From the NCBI GenBank assembly GCA_904063045.1, contig CAJFCJ010000019.1:186001-250000 (forward strand): a stretch of DNA of 64,000 bases, given 5' to 3'. How positions within the stretch are numbered: position 1 is the stretch's first letter; the number at the start of each line of letters is the position of its first letter. A program made the position numbers and the translations under genes. The notes under the pieces were generated by a model, which ran no database searches, had not been told where the DNA came from, and was given only the letters and a program-made list of their open reading frames with translations. Shown piece after piece: positions 1 to 14,400 of this stretch. The DNA comes from Dimorphilus gyrociliatus. Taxonomy: Eukaryota > Animalia > Annelida.

Positions 1-175
1 AAGACTTCGAAGGACATATCATCGGAAATAAAAAGAAGGGAAAACATATTATATAGATCTATGTGCTCTCTGTAAATGCTAGTCTCAATAATGTCCATAA
101 TATGATCAATATTTGAGAGAACCAAGATAAATCAAGAAAAGAATAGAATTTAATGTATATAAGAAGTATACTTAC

Positions 176-327
176 AATTGTGCAATGCAGGGAAATTGAG
201 TTTGATCGATATTTGAAAATAGTTTCGACTGAAAAGCTTGTGGGCTGGGTTCAGCTGTTTGTGAAATAGTCCTTTTTTTCATCCAATTGGACGAAATTTG
301 AACAAGTAATTTACATCTTCTATTCAT
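176..327 (-). CDS. Probable first coding exon of an unidentified gene continuing off the window start (MNRRCKLLVQISSNWMKKRTISQTAEPSPQAFQSKLFSNIDQTQFPCIAQ..)
   Basis: ATG at 327, 50 open codons ending at a GTAAG donor (cttac at 171-175 on +). The basic, acid-poor N-terminus resembles a mitochondrial presequence. Product not identified. Confidence 0.4.
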
Positions 328-3300
328 TCTGCAGTTTATTCTCGTCTCAGCCGATAAAAATGCCTGCTAAATGCTAAAGTTATATTTTACCATGCAGATC
401 GACCCTATTGTTAACCTCTAAGATTACAGGCTGAACCTTGTGAATGATGATCACGTGCAAATAAACATATATTCCCTAATCAGTTAACTAGAGCAAATTA
501 TTGCTGAATTAACCATGACCATCGATATTTTTTTTACAGTGAACATTCAACTTTTACAATGCCAAGGGCCAAAGATTATAAAGCAAATTGATAATTTTTA
601 AAATACTTTGAATTTTATTCTAAACTTAAATAGATTAGTTAGCCACTTTTTCTTTTTTAAGGCTTTTAAACAATTTGATTAGTGCTTTTGCTAGGATGAT
701 TACACAAAATGCATACAGTATCGCTCAACCATGGAAGGGAGTTAGCATTGAATTGTTTTCAACTTTTTACTTAGGCTTTAAGTTTTTCTTTTAAATATAA
801 AAGAAACTTTTTTTTTAAATAGATCTCTTATATTTAATTTAAAAAAAGCTATACTTCTTTGCAAAATGCGTAATAAAGCGACCTAATTAAACTTTGTTAA
901 ATCATTTAATTTTCCTTCCTCTCTATATAGAAACTTCTTCCGTCAGCTATTTTTAAAAGGGAAAAAAATCGTATAAAGAGCGGTTATTTAACCTTTTAAA
1001 TAGAGTTTACTGTTAACTAAGTTGAACAATAACAATTGATTTTTACTACGTGCCATTCAAAGGGCGATTGTATAAAAGATATCCTTGGGCTTTTTTGCAT
1101 TAATAGACTTAAACGTGAACTTAAATAACACAAAAAATTTAAAAAAGATTTTTAAAAAAATACAATATCATCATTACTATTAAGAATTTGTGATATCTTT
1201 TTATTGGAATAATGTAATTGTACGTTTTTTCATCCTCTTCCAAATAAATGTTAAATAGTTGCTTAACAAACTGTTAGCGTGTTTTCCTCTTTTAAATTCC
1301 CTAAGTTATTCGAGTTCGATTTTTTTTTCTTTTTGTTAGCATTTGGCTAGTTTGTACCCATTTTAATGATACTTAAAAATTCCCATCACCACTTTTTCCA
1401 TACTACTATGTACGATTGGCACTACTAATTTCCTAAAAGTAGTAATGCTCGTCGACACTCTGGGGCATCTAGCTATTTGTATAAAACGTTGCTTTTCATT
1501 TATAAGTCACTATTTACTGTATAAAAAAAAGAAACTAGTTAATTTTTTCCAGATAACAGTTTTGCGAGTTTTGTCTTTGCATAATAAATATCCCACGGTT
1601 TAGCACAAAAAACTAAATTCCCAACGATTAGATGTTGGTAGTCATATGATAAACTTTAAAAAATGTTCATATCGATTTAACGCATGCCCGCCTATTATCA
1701 AATCAACACTATCCAACCCATCTCATGCACCACTTATCCAATTCTCTTGATAAAATAGCTATGACATACTTGTTTTTTCCTTCACTTTTACACCACTTCC
1801 ACAGTAAATATTCGATTGAGATAACAATATTGCTACGTCCTTGTTTCTCATTTTAAAATATTCTATTCTGCCTATTTAACCATATTGTAAATATATATAA
1901 ATTCCTTTCTTCCTTCTTTCTATGATACTTTATCAGTCATACTTGTTCTATTAGCAAGAAAAAACTAAATATTTTAGTTTTGTACTATTGATCTTTCTTT
2001 CTTTCTTGCTTTCTTTTATAACGAAACTGTGATATATAAACTTTAGCAATATTTACTTTTAATAAGTATAATGAGCAATATTTTACAAATTAAACCATAA
2101 ATAAATATATATCTTTCTATACGTGACATTAAAACTAGTTTACGCATTATCTTATTATAGGAATATTTCAAAATAAATAATAATAGATTAGATATCTATT
2201 CTATTAAAGTGATACTTATAAGCCATTTAGGCCTAATGTATTTTTCTTTCCTATTTCGGATAAGAATAAATATATATATATATAATGTATATACAGTATA
2301 TAATTGATTAATTTTCTAAAAAAAGCGTAAGTTTAATAGTTTCACCCAGGGACAGAGGGAGGCAGGGGATATGTTTGAAAGAGTAATATTTAAGCCTATT
2401 CCTATATCTTTCATATATCTTATTACATTTCTAATTAATATATATTTATGAAAACTATTTATTAAATTTAAGTAGAAAATTGATAAAATATTATATAGTT
2501 TATAATCTTCGTATATTAATATTTTATTCATTTTTAAATTACATCCCTTTTTTTCTCACATAAGTTAAAGTTTTTGAATTCGTATGCTGATGTCGGCTCT
2601 CAATCGATAAATTGATAAAAAGGATATTAATTTGTCTATAATTATCCAGAAAACTTATTGCATTTGCTCTTTTCAAAATGATTAATTAGACGAAAATCTT
2701 AATTAAATCGTATAGCTTTGGATAGTATTTTTGTTCGATGCTATCCAATTCTAATATTATATGAATATGATAGTCTTCCTCTTTATTATTATTAATTAGA
2801 GTTTAGCGTATATCGTTAGTTAGAAATCTCTTTTTATTTTTATCTATAATCTAATATACACTTATTACTTAGCACATTTTTAATAGTTTGACAAGATAAT
2901 GATTGTTTAAAGGCAGTAAATGGACTTTATTCCAAAATATAAAGCCAATTGGGTCAAATATATCTTATATAGAACTTTTTCAAATCGATAGAAAAAAATT
3001 TTCCGCTGGACAATTGATTTAATATCGAATTGAAACTGATTAAAAGTTTCAGGTGAGTAGATTAATCAGATTATGCATATATTCCTGAATAGGATTAGCG
3101 TGTAAACAAATTAACTTTTAAAAAGCAATTGTAATATTAGTCAATAGTATTTTTCAATAAATCACAACCTTTTAAAAGCTTATTATTATAATTAGAAACT
3201 AACTACATTTCGAATTCAATCCTTATAAGTCAAATGATTTAAAGTTCTCTCTCTGTTCATTCTAGCTATCTCTCCTCTCAACACCCTCCCTCGTTCAGTT

Positions 3301-3732
3301 GATCGCTCATACTCTGACATATGCACAAACAAACAAATACATATGCACACATACATAGAGACAAGCACAAACATTACAATCTAATAGAATACAATTAGTA
3401 AATATTGGAAAAAATTATAAAGAACAATAAATAGGGAACCACTTGGAAATCTAATAGAATATTTACAAACTAAAGGCCATTTTTTCCGCTTTCAAATCTT
3501 AAAACTACCGTATGATGAGCTTTTATTGAATTTTTGTACACACTGTTCATTTTACTCAAAACGGAAAATGTAATTTATTTTAGAAAGATATTAAATATTA
3601 ACGAACAATAAATAAACCTTTGACCTACATAGAACGAATTCATTTCCTTTGTTCGAGACAAAAATAGAATATGCATAAAAAAGAAAAAATTTATTTATTG
3701 AAGAAATCGGATAAAGTGTCGGCCTATATTTA

Positions 3733-3891
3733 CCGGAAGTTCGATTTTAGAATATTATATTGCGTAGAAATATATATTTAATTAAATAATTTTATATTTT
3801 AGAAGACTCGCCGATTTTTTTTAGAAATTTTGTATATTTTTACGAAGTGTTTGTTTTGGTCGCCATTTTTATGAGTTGGTGTACCTTCCGG
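3733..3891 (+). promoter_or_regulatory. Putative core promoter of ARFGEF3: ETS (CCGGAAGT 3733-3740; CTTCCGG 3885-3891) and YY1-like (CGCCATTTT 3861-3869) motifs
   Basis: Consensus motif matches in a GC-enriched patch about 250-400 nt upstream of the start codon, in otherwise very AT-rich DNA. Confidence 0.5.
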
Positions 3892-4133
3892 TGGCACATC
3901 TGTTAGCGATGCAGATCGTTTTGTATATAGAAATTCATGCAATCAGGAATTGACAGTCCGAACAAAGGAACCATATTTACGCGCCTCCCGTTTGAAATGC
4001 TCACAGAGCAAAAAAAAAGTTACTTTATGGGCTTTTTTAACTAATTTACGATCGAGGGAAAATCGCCTTCGTTGGCAAACATATTTTTTTGTGTAATTTA
4101 TATAACTAATCCCACATCGTAAAGAATTAAAAG

Positions 4134-7100
4134 ATGACAACTAGCAAAAGCATGAGTAAGTTTCAAAAGTCCCGTTTTTTAATCTCTCCTTTAAACTAAT
4201 TTTTCATGTTAATAGCTAAAAAAAACCGATCAATTGAGGATATTTTGGGAGATATCAAAGAAAATAGCTCTAGTAAACCTCTCAATCTTCAACAAAAGTG
4301 TACAGAGGCTTTAGGTTTCTATCTTAGAGCAATATTTTTGAATAAACTGATTGATTCTTTCTATTGATTATAGAACTTCTTTCAAGTGAGGAATCGATGA
4401 AACAAAAAGAAACATGGCAGATACGGTAAGCTGCTTGAAATGTTATAATAATTATTGCTATAATAACGATAACAATAACTATGATTTATTATTAGTAATA
4501 AACGTATTCAAATTTTTTCCAGGCATGTTATATTACAAACACTAAAACACGCTTTAGAAAGTAAAACCTCCCGACTAACCGCGCTTGCTGTAGCTGGTAT
4601 TCAAAATTTCTTATACGATGATCGTTTCTATTCGGCATTGGAACCTGAAAATGAAGAAAATTTGATGCCTATGCAACTTCTTGGCATACTTAAATGTATA
4701 CCAAATCTTCCTGAAGAACTACAAATGGAAATGATGAAGATTCTCTTGAATCTAACTTGTTCACCAAAATCAATAGTTACAGCACGAGTGGTTATACGAG
4801 TAGCTGAGGTAAATAAAACAATTTCATTTTACTGTTTAGATTTTGTCGTTAAGTTACGGGCTTGCAGTTAAGTTTAGAAACATATATTAGTACCGCGAAA
4901 CTGAGCTTAAGAAGGGCTATTGAAAGTACGCTTATGCGTCTTCTTGGGTTTTTTTATCATCATCAACTTGTACGGTTTGCCGCTTCTGAATCAAAGGTAA
5001 CACACAAAACAAATCCACAATTTCGGTGAAGGATATATGATTTAGTTTAATAAGCATTTGGGCCATTGAGCTAACCCCATAATGAAAGCGATGGGCTATA
5101 GAGGCTTATTATTTATTCCTTTTTATATTTTCTTTAATTGTAAGAGTGATTAAATCTATTGAAATAAAAAGGCGTGCTTGCTAAGAGTGCATTAATTAGC
5201 CTATTCGATTTCAATTTATATACAGGTATGCCTTGATTCGTATTCTGCTAATTCTGGTGGTTGTGTGCGTACAGCAGTGCGTGCTACTCTTACACAATTA
5301 TTAACGGCCCTTACTGATAAATTAGATATTCCCTCGGTGAGTGATTCAGCTTTTTTCGTTCCTTTAATTTCTCCCCCTCCGTTAATTTATCATTTATAAA
5401 ACATTACACTTCCCGCTCTTTTCCGTAACAACTGTAAAAGGGGAACAATCGGTTCAATCATAATACTTCATACAGATAAATGACACCGAACATTGCCATA
5501 ATGATATGATAGAAAACAACGAAGGTCATTTAATGGATGACCTAGGATTAGGACGTATGAACTATTTTTTTGTTAATAACCAATTATCTATATATTAATG
5601 AGAATCTATAATTTTTTTAGCCAACTTCAAAGAAATGAATGCAATAACAAAGGAGAACGCTGACTCTTTAGCTAGGGACGTTATTAGTGTCTTGTGCTTT
5701 ATCTCCGCGAAATTGCACGAATTATCGACTGAAGCTCATTTGATACATTTATTATTGGAAGCTTTATTGGCTGTTTTAGACAATCTGCCACCTATAGTAG
5801 GACATCGAAAGGATTTTGTCGATTTAACATGGAAAACGATTGTCCCAATTCTCGTATCATTCCTTAGCAATCCAACTACGGATAAATTAATTTCGAGAGA
5901 CGGTCAGGGGGAGAGGGGTGGCGGTTACTCTTCAACAAACAGTACTACTATTTTATCCGAACATTCCGTAAAAACAGTGTATCAAATTGCCGTTCAATTA
6001 ATAAGAATAGTAGGTGACATTCATTCACTAAGAGCGCCTCTGGCATCATTGCTACATAGTAAGATATTATCATTTTAAAAAACAATGTCTTCTCTGCTTT
6101 CTAAATGAAAATTCTTTATAGGAATCTACCTCTATTCTCCTCCCTCTTCAAGAGTCGAGGCTCTGAAATGCCTTAAAGATGTATTAACCTCTCCGTACCA
6201 ACTCACTCGGTTAGCCAGTCCGACCGTTAGTATCCAAAGGGGAGATGACAAACAAAGACTCTACGCTGCTGATTTAATGATAATCAAAATGTAATTATGA
6301 TACAATTTATACTTGTGTATTATATATACAATAAGTATATTACTAATATATACTAATATATATATATATATATAGAACACAAGTCCTTGATTAATAACCA
6401 ATTAATATTTAATTTAATGATATTTTTGCATGTTTACTAATTAGAATCAGTCGATCTCTTCGGGAATGTTGCAGTTGTAAAGACAGCACAGTTGTTCTGA
6501 ATTCTGTTTCACTTATGTGTGAATTAGTCAGCTCATTAAGTAAAATAACCAAAGGCAATTGTATCACTGATGAAATTATGATTAATTTACTGTCATCTGC
6601 CTCTGCAAAGCCGGTTGCAAGTGAATCCTCTGATAGTTTGCAGCCAAGTGAGAATTTGGATGTTCCGGGTAAAATAGTTTTACCTCATTATACATGTATA
6701 TTATATAACATATGTAATATATAAAAAAAAAGCCTATATCAGCATTTGTTTTTCTAACGGGTTTGTATTTTGTTTCAGATTGGAAGTCAGACGATAGCAG
6801 CGATTCAGAAATGGATCAACGCCTAATGAAAGCTAGTCAATTATATGAGAGAAGAGATGTAGAAAGTATTTTTGCCTCTAGACAGGAAGTTGAAGAGCTG
6901 GAAAGAGATAACGCCAGGCATTTTATTGACAGTCTCATTCATTTAGTTCCAGAGCTGTTAGATGCCAGCTCTATATCAGAAGTAGATGAATTATTACTAA
7001 GTTTTTCTTCGAACTTTTGCAAAGAAATGGAAAACAGTTCAAAAAAGGACTCCTACGCCATCATACTTAACGCTGATGCTATTTATGTTACCACCATTTA

Positions 7101-10100
7101 TGCTTTGCATTTAAATCTTATTCTCATGACTTCTTCGTTCTATTCGTCGGATGACGTCAATCCGTCCATAAAACAAGAAGAATTTTGTGACGAGATTCTT
7201 AACTGCGGTCTCCTCTTATTTGTATCACAGACCTGGTTAGAAGAAGTTTGGATGCAGATTATTAGTAGATCGATTTTTAAGTCATCTCAAATTAAATTAA
7301 ATGAGGAGGATGAACCTATTCTAATTACGACCTTAACTGATATAGATGGCTTAAGAAGTAGCGAAATGGGTGGCCAATTACTTAGAAGTGCTAATACGGA
7401 GAGAATCAAATTATCTTCTGGTAGTGCCGTGAAGGCCGGCCAGATTGCCGCGAAAAACGTTTTATCCACCATTTGGAATGATATGATGGAAGTTTTGTCC
7501 ACTTTAATCACATGTAAACATAGTATTGCAGGTTTCGGTGAAAGTTTAGCCCTGTTATTTAATGCCAAAGAAGAAAATAGAAAGGCTCGAGAAGCCATAT
7601 GTACTAGTTTAGACGCCCTAAGAACTGCAGCTGGTTTGGCGTACGGTTTAGGCTTACAGAATTTATGTGGAAGCGTTCTAGCCCAGTTGGCTGACGCTTC
7701 CTGCAGGTTGGCAGATGGTGAAGCTCGTTTACACGCGGCTCACGCTCTAAGTTTAGATTCTGTTTTATCTATGGGATTGGAACTCGGTTCTCATTCACCA
7801 GATTGTTGGCAACATGTATTCCGATGCTGCGCACACGTGGCTCTGCTAGAGCACACGACTTTTTCAAAAGGTCAGCACCAATCCGTACTTCCACAAGTCA
7901 CACAGAAAACGGGAATTGATGAGGAAGAACAGGAAGCTGTCGACGTTGTTATTCCTAGTGAGCCAGTTGCTCCCAGTATAGATGTCCTTCACTTAGTTAA
8001 GGAAAGCTCAACAGGCTGGCAGTTAGATGCTGGTGCTGTGGGTGGTGTCCTTAGCGTCGAACAATCAGCCAGAGCATTATGCGGTCTATCGCAACAAGTT
8101 GATAGACTTTTTGATGAGGCTGCTGCAAAATTGAACTTGCAATCTCTAACATCATTTATTTTTGAGCTATGCCGGTCAAGCAGAGAACAATTAACTCTAA
8201 GAAAAACTTCTCAATCTCCCGATGAGAAATTACCGGCAAACGTTATATTCGTTTATAGATTAGGCGATATATTAATGAATTTAATAGACTCTTGTCGACC
8301 AATGTTACACGTAATAAGGAGTTGGAGTTTGGTAGCGGCTCATCTTGTTGAGGCTGCCTGTGAGAAGGAAATGGACATTTCTAGAAGAGCTGTTGAATCG
8401 ATACATGGAATTGTTTCTTGTATATTAAATTCCAGACCGGAAACTTATTATTTTCATTTTCATGAAGCGCTCTGTAAACCTTTTGAGAACTTACTGTCCT
8501 TGGAATTGTGCGATCCTGAAGTACAAGATCAGGTTATATGTTCTTTATGCTCTTTGGTTGAATCATCCGCTTCGGAATTAAAGTCTGGTTGGCGTAGTGT
8601 ATTTAGTGCTCTAAAATCTATAAAATTACATTTAACGGCTGTAGAAGAGATCAACGAAAGTCGAATTAGTCATGTTACTGCAGTTTTAGACGTTTTCAAT
8701 GCTTTTCTATCAACCGACAATCCGAGTGTTATCGCTCAAGCTTCGGTAGATTGTATTCTATGTCTACTTCACTATGCTAAAGGTGAATTAGAAGAAGATT
8801 CCAAAGATGATTCGGATGAGGACGATGACGCGATATTGTCGTTGTCTGCCATGGCTTTAAACTATTTAAAGGAGTGTTCTAACTTACTCTCAAAAATGAA
8901 AATTATGCCAGCCTGTCCAGTGTTTAGTGGGGCTTATAGGATACAATTCGGTTGTAAACCTCATCTTGTCGACGCCCATTTTGGATCCCAAGACCTTGAA
9001 TACATAATAAATCTATATAAGAATAATCAAGATGTCCGTTTGCGACCGGAGTTTGTTGATGAATTTGTCTACAAACTTGGTCTAGAGGCCGCAACAACTA
9101 TCGACGACTTGAATGATTCTAAAGGTGTGCTCAGAGTATGGCTATTAATATTAGATGGACTAGTTCATACAGCAGCTACTTGTCCAAAACAGCCGAATAT
9201 CGTAGGAACTCTATTTGAATTGTTAAGAGAGACAATAAAACCAGAACACGCGGATTTCGGTATACATGTTATAAATCATGTTATTTTACCAGAAGTGCAA
9301 GCGTGGATTAGGAAAGGCGATGAAAATTCGCTAAACTTAGCTAATATTAGACAATGTACTGGACTTATAACAGATTTTATAGTGGAAACCATTGTTCAAT
9401 TAGTAAATGAATCTGAATTAACAGTTAAAGTAGAACTAATGTTGAAACAACTATTGGATGTTCTTATGGAGTGCATTTCACAGCCCATTGAACAATTAGC
9501 TAGAGTTGGCACAGCTTGTATGAGACATACTTTATTAAGTGCTAGCGCTCTATTTACTGAAAGAATGTGGCATATAGCATGCTCGGCAATAGCAAGAGCT
9601 GGAATGATATCCCTTATACCACTTCGAGAAATCCTATCTCCCTTTCACGCTCATTCAGATAATTTTTATGGTGACGTTGGCTCAGTCAAAGTTGCCGTAA
9701 GACAAGAGGGTTCAGCCATCGACGCTGAAAGATTAAGGTCACTGGCAAATCAAGTATTTCTAATAGAAGTACAAAGAAACGCTTCAAAGCCCATCGATTA
9801 TTCAGTAGATACGGATAGGTCATTTGTCTTCTTATTGGAACCACCTGATACAGATATTCTTAGGGTTCCATTCAGAAATGTCGTTATAGGATTGATAGCT
9901 CATCAACAGTTAGTCAAGCTTGTCGCTGCTATGACTCTAGAGGATTATTCTAGTTCCTATTACAATAATATCCTAAATATGTCTGCAAGGAATGTATTGT
10001 TATTGCTGGAGTTGTTGAAGCATTCTCAATCTATTTGTGAAGCATTTGATTCAAGACCCGGCCTAAAATTTCTTGTTCAGAAAGTAGCTAGAGCGAACGT

Positions 10101-11289
10101 TGCTTCCAATCTCTACGCCTTTGCAAGTAGCGCCATCCAACTCAGAATAAGAATTCTTATACATATTGTATCAAACCTAACTGATTTGTCTGTTAATTTA
10201 ACAAAATCCTGCTTGTCCGAAGAGACTAAAGGTAATATAGATTAATTTTCTAGCAAATTAGGAACAAAATATTCTGTAATGTCTAACATCATTATCTAAT
10301 TTTAGAGAAAGAAAACGATAGAGATATTTGGACTAGCTCTGGGAAAGTCTCCGAATACGGCAGCTTTTTCATTAGGTTATTGAAGGAGGCCCTGCAGGAA
10401 TTATGCGTCGCCTATGTTGATTTATATCTTGATAAGTATACAGCTTCTATAGTCGACAAGTAAGTTGGTGTTAGGAACTAATAATTTAGCCCCAAAGATC
10501 ATTAGGGAATAATACCTCCCTCTTAATTTCCCGTATGACTTTTTTTGGGTTTTTTTTGTTTAAAACATACAAATTTATTATCTCTTAACATTGTATAAAC
10601 TCTTAAAATTGCTTTATTATTCCGTTTTTAGAATATCGACAAATCAGACGCTATATTTTCTGTTGGCGGATGAAGGGGAGGAAATAACTGAACTTAAACG
10701 AGATAAGAGCTTAAAAGATATTGTAGCCGAAAAAGTTAAAGAATTTTCATCTCCAACCACCACTGGGCCAGTTCCTCTGGTTGAGCAACAAACTTTATCT
10801 GACGATGAAGAGCTGAAATTAGCTCCTGTTGCACCACTTTCCAATCGAAAAAATAATGATAAAGTATACAGTGTTGCAACCGAAAGTACTATAAATGATT
10901 TAATGAGTCAATATAAAAAGCGTAAAAATCAGCACACACTGCCTTCTCCCTTCCAAAAGCAGACGAGATCCAAACCACAACCAGTAAGAAAGCCTCGTCC
11001 AAAGAGAGATGATAGTAGTAGGGAACGGGAAATTGACGACGAACAAAACGAATCTTTAGTTAAAGATAGTGAAGCAGCTTTAACATGTTGGGTCACAACA
11101 GTTTGTGAAACATTAAATCTATTATATGAATTACCAGATGAAAAGTTTAAGGCGCTTTTGCCTGTTGTTGTGTCTAGTGTTACTCAATTAATATGTCATT
11201 CGCGAGATGCCAAGTTACGAGAATCCCTGGCTAAATGGACGTATAGGGTTTCTCATATTTACGGATTTGCTGAAGATAAACAAAATTGA
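4134..11289 (+). CDS. ARFGEF3: Brefeldin A-inhibited guanine nucleotide-exchange protein 3 (BIG3/ARFGEF3/KIAA1244), multi-exon
   Basis: Spliced N-terminus IEDILGDIK..KCTEAL, LKHALESK..ALAVAGIQ, LPEELQMEMMKILL and TAVRATLTQLL match the BIG3 DCB region. The giant exon 6779-10231 contains ARHFIDSL, ARLHAAHALSL, LSQQVDRLFDEAA and EAFDSRPGLKFLVQKVA. The C-terminus has VYSVAT..INDLMSQYKKRKNQH and KFKALLP. All joins are GT-AG. Start may be 4134 or 4152. Confidence 0.9.
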
Positions 11290-11488
11290 ACTACTTATAC
11301 CTTTTGATAGACTCTTCTTATTTCCAAAAGCTTCGAAAACATTCCTATTATAATCAATTAATACAATACTATGAGAATTTATTTCAATACAAAAACATAC
11401 AAAAACCCATTTAAAATTAAATCTCTAGATTCATTCTTATTCCTCTACAATTCTATATATTATACATAATATATACTGAATAAAATTT

Positions 11489-14400
11489 CTATTTTCGCGG
11501 TGATAGCGATCTCATTGGTTGATAAGTGGACGGTTCATATCCTCCGCTATTCAACAAATCATCATCATAATCCTCATTACCTTCTAAAGTTTTTTTATAT
11601 AGACGAAGTTGATCTGTTGAGTTTGTATCGGAAAATTGTAACTCTTGCTCTGTTGTACTTCTTAAAGAAGATCTTATTCCCCCAATAGTAGTTGTGTCAG
11701 CTGTACCGAATAGTTCTTGGCCTTCTAAAATATTGAGACGTCTTGGTGAAGATGTAGCTGATGATTCTTCTAAATTCATGGCGTCAGGCATTTCACTATC
11801 AGTAGGATCAGTTTTTGCAGTATCAGACAAATGCAAATTGCTGTTGGATTCAGGTGGTAATGGTGTTTGTTCGTCAGTTGAATGAAATTCAACAGTATTT
11901 AATAAAGGCTTTTGAGTTATGATACTGGCCACTTCAGGTATCTTTATTGAATCACGAGGTGGACGACTATCCTCTTGTTTCAACGTAAAAGTTTTTAAAC
12001 CGAATTCCAATGAATTCGTTGTTTCATCATCAAATGATCTTCGCTGCTTTCCCTGATGTCGATTTCTAAGATTATCAGTTGGCATGATTCTACCAAGAGA
12101 TGGCCGTCTAGGTTCAACTCTAACTTGTTTTGGTGTTGAAGTTACCATTCTTGGTGGCGATGCTAAAAATACATTAGCAAATAAACAATTAAAGATAATT
12201 TGAAATAATCAATATTTAAAAATTTTTACTGTTTTCTGGAATGTCATCATTTGTATTTTCTTTATCTTCCTCCATCTCTAAAGGTTTCTCAGGAGTTTCC
12301 GCTTCAAAATGATCTTCAGAGAGCTCTTCTACAGACTTTTTCTATGGGTAATATTTGTAAAATGAGTTTATGAATACAGTAATATACAGAGTTTAATTGT
12401 CACTCACCTCAGCTAGAATTTCGCCTAGACTTTGCTGTGTTTCCAGTTTCTTAATAAATGGTAGATTTTTAAAAGCAATTTGCTGCTTCATTAGATGCAT
12501 TATAGCTTCACTTTGAATATCTATCTCTTTATGAAGAAATTCGCCTTCACTGCGACTTGCTTCTTCCTATTTTGAAAATTTTTTGTAAAGATTCTCTTTT
12601 TTAATTTAAATATGTTAAACTCACTGGTTCCATATCATTTAAGCTTTTATCAAGCTGAGGGAAGGAAGACATTCCTAAGGATGCTTCTACAACTTCACCT
12701 TCGCTCTTATCTAAAACCCATTGCCCTTCGCTCACCAATTCCCCTATTGTTTCAGTTATTTCTTCATTACTCTGATCCTCAGATTCTTCTTCATAATCCT
12801 TTTCATTTCTATCTCTCTCAGAAACAGTTTCTTCACTTTTGAGTGTAGTTTGTATCTGAACTGAAGCTTTTAATACTTCCTCGTAACTATCTGTCCCATT
12901 GGATTCCTCTATTAAGGCATCTTTTTCACTTGGCTGTAGGACCGGAGAGTCGGGGGCAATTTCTGATATTGACTCTGATAGAGATGGAGTTTCCATAAAT
13001 TTTCTTGGTGAGATTGGTGGCGTTGATTTGGGTGTTATAACAGAACCAAAGTCAAATAATTCGTGATCTGGTTGTTTTTCCTCATTTTCGTCCATATCTA
13101 ATAATATTCAAAATAAAGAAACGATACGAACGATTACAGAAAGTTACTTACGTTCTAATTTTTCCTTATTTAATTCTAATATATTATTTGCAAAACTATC
13201 CAATTGCGTATTCCTGACGACATTCTTAACAACAGTTACTGGAGCATTTTCTTCTAAATCCTGAATGCTAGCTTCATCAGAACTAGCGTTTGGAGTTATC
13301 TCAGGTGTTTTTGGTATGTCTATTGTTTGTTTAAAATTTGGTATCTGTGGTCTAGGGCTTGAAACTGGAGTAGTTACTTCCGAGCGAATACCTTCAAAAT
13401 CGTCAGCGTAGCTTTCAGATTTTTCTTCTCCGATTTCTAAAGACTCGACTGGAGTTACCGGTATATTCTGGACCTGGAGGGATTCTGTTTCTCTGGTGTC
13501 ATCAGGAACGTTGGCCGGTTGCTTACATTCCCCGAAGCAATTTCGTAATTGATCTCTAATGATATCACGGGTTAAATTACGGACTAGACTGTCATCTACT
13601 GGACAACCGGCATCCAGGAAAACACGAACACCAGGTTTTCCCAACGTTTTAACTGAAAAAGACTATGCTTATAACGTTATTTTTAGGGTTTTTCGATTAG
13701 AAACCTGTCTCTTCAGATGATTCTCCCTTTTTGTAATATTGATTGGCTAATCTTTGCTTTTCTTTTTCATTTTCTCTTCTCTTCGTTTGGATTTCACTAA
13801 GAATCCTAACCATAATTTCTTTTTCAATCCTAACAAATAAAATATAAAGTTTGCTAAGATTTCTTATGATTATATTTCAATGAATTCTTACCAGTTCTCC
13901 TTTTCCTTTTGCATTTCCTCTTTCCTTCTCATTTCCGCTATAATGGGGCTCTCGGTTGCCGATTTCTTTTCAATTTTTATAGCTGATTTCTTTGCAGATT
14001 TCTTTTCTTCTTGACTACATGTACAATTTTACAAGTTTTTAATAAATGCAAGACGGCTTGAACAATAAAAAACTCACCGTTTAAATCCGACAATATTTAA
14101 AGGCGCTTCTTCGACTTCTTCAGACACTTCTGATTCATCTTGCTCAGAGCTTTCCGTTAAAGTTTCAGAGTCTGAAGAATAATTAGCTTCAGATGAGCTA
14201 ACTTCATCAATTGCACTCTCAACAGGTTTAGCAGCAATTGGCGAAAGACATTGATCAACTTGTTCTCTTTGCTGCTAGAAAAATGATACGTTTAAAAAGG
14301 GAAAATAGGAAATGATTAAGAAGCTATCTTACGTCTTTCGAAACTGTTTGATTGTTTTCCATATATAACTTAGTTGATAGCTGAAAGTCCATATCGAAAT

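Noticed and set aside
446-507. Box C (ATGATGA) and box D (CTGA) spaced like a C/D snoRNA
   Set aside because: No convincing terminal stem, and no host intron on that strand.
2316-2531. 71-aa minus-strand ORF (MNKILIYEDYK..)
   Set aside because: Extremely AT-rich with I/L/N/K/Y composition, no recognisable domain and no convincing splice partners; consistent with chance.
400-3700. Long intergenic region searched for transposon remnants and tRNA
   Set aside because: No transposase/RT ORF, long inverted repeats or cloverleaf with A/B boxes was recognised by eye.
3943-4140. 65-aa minus-strand ORF
   Set aside because: Lies antisense in the ARFGEF3 5' region with no homology cues.
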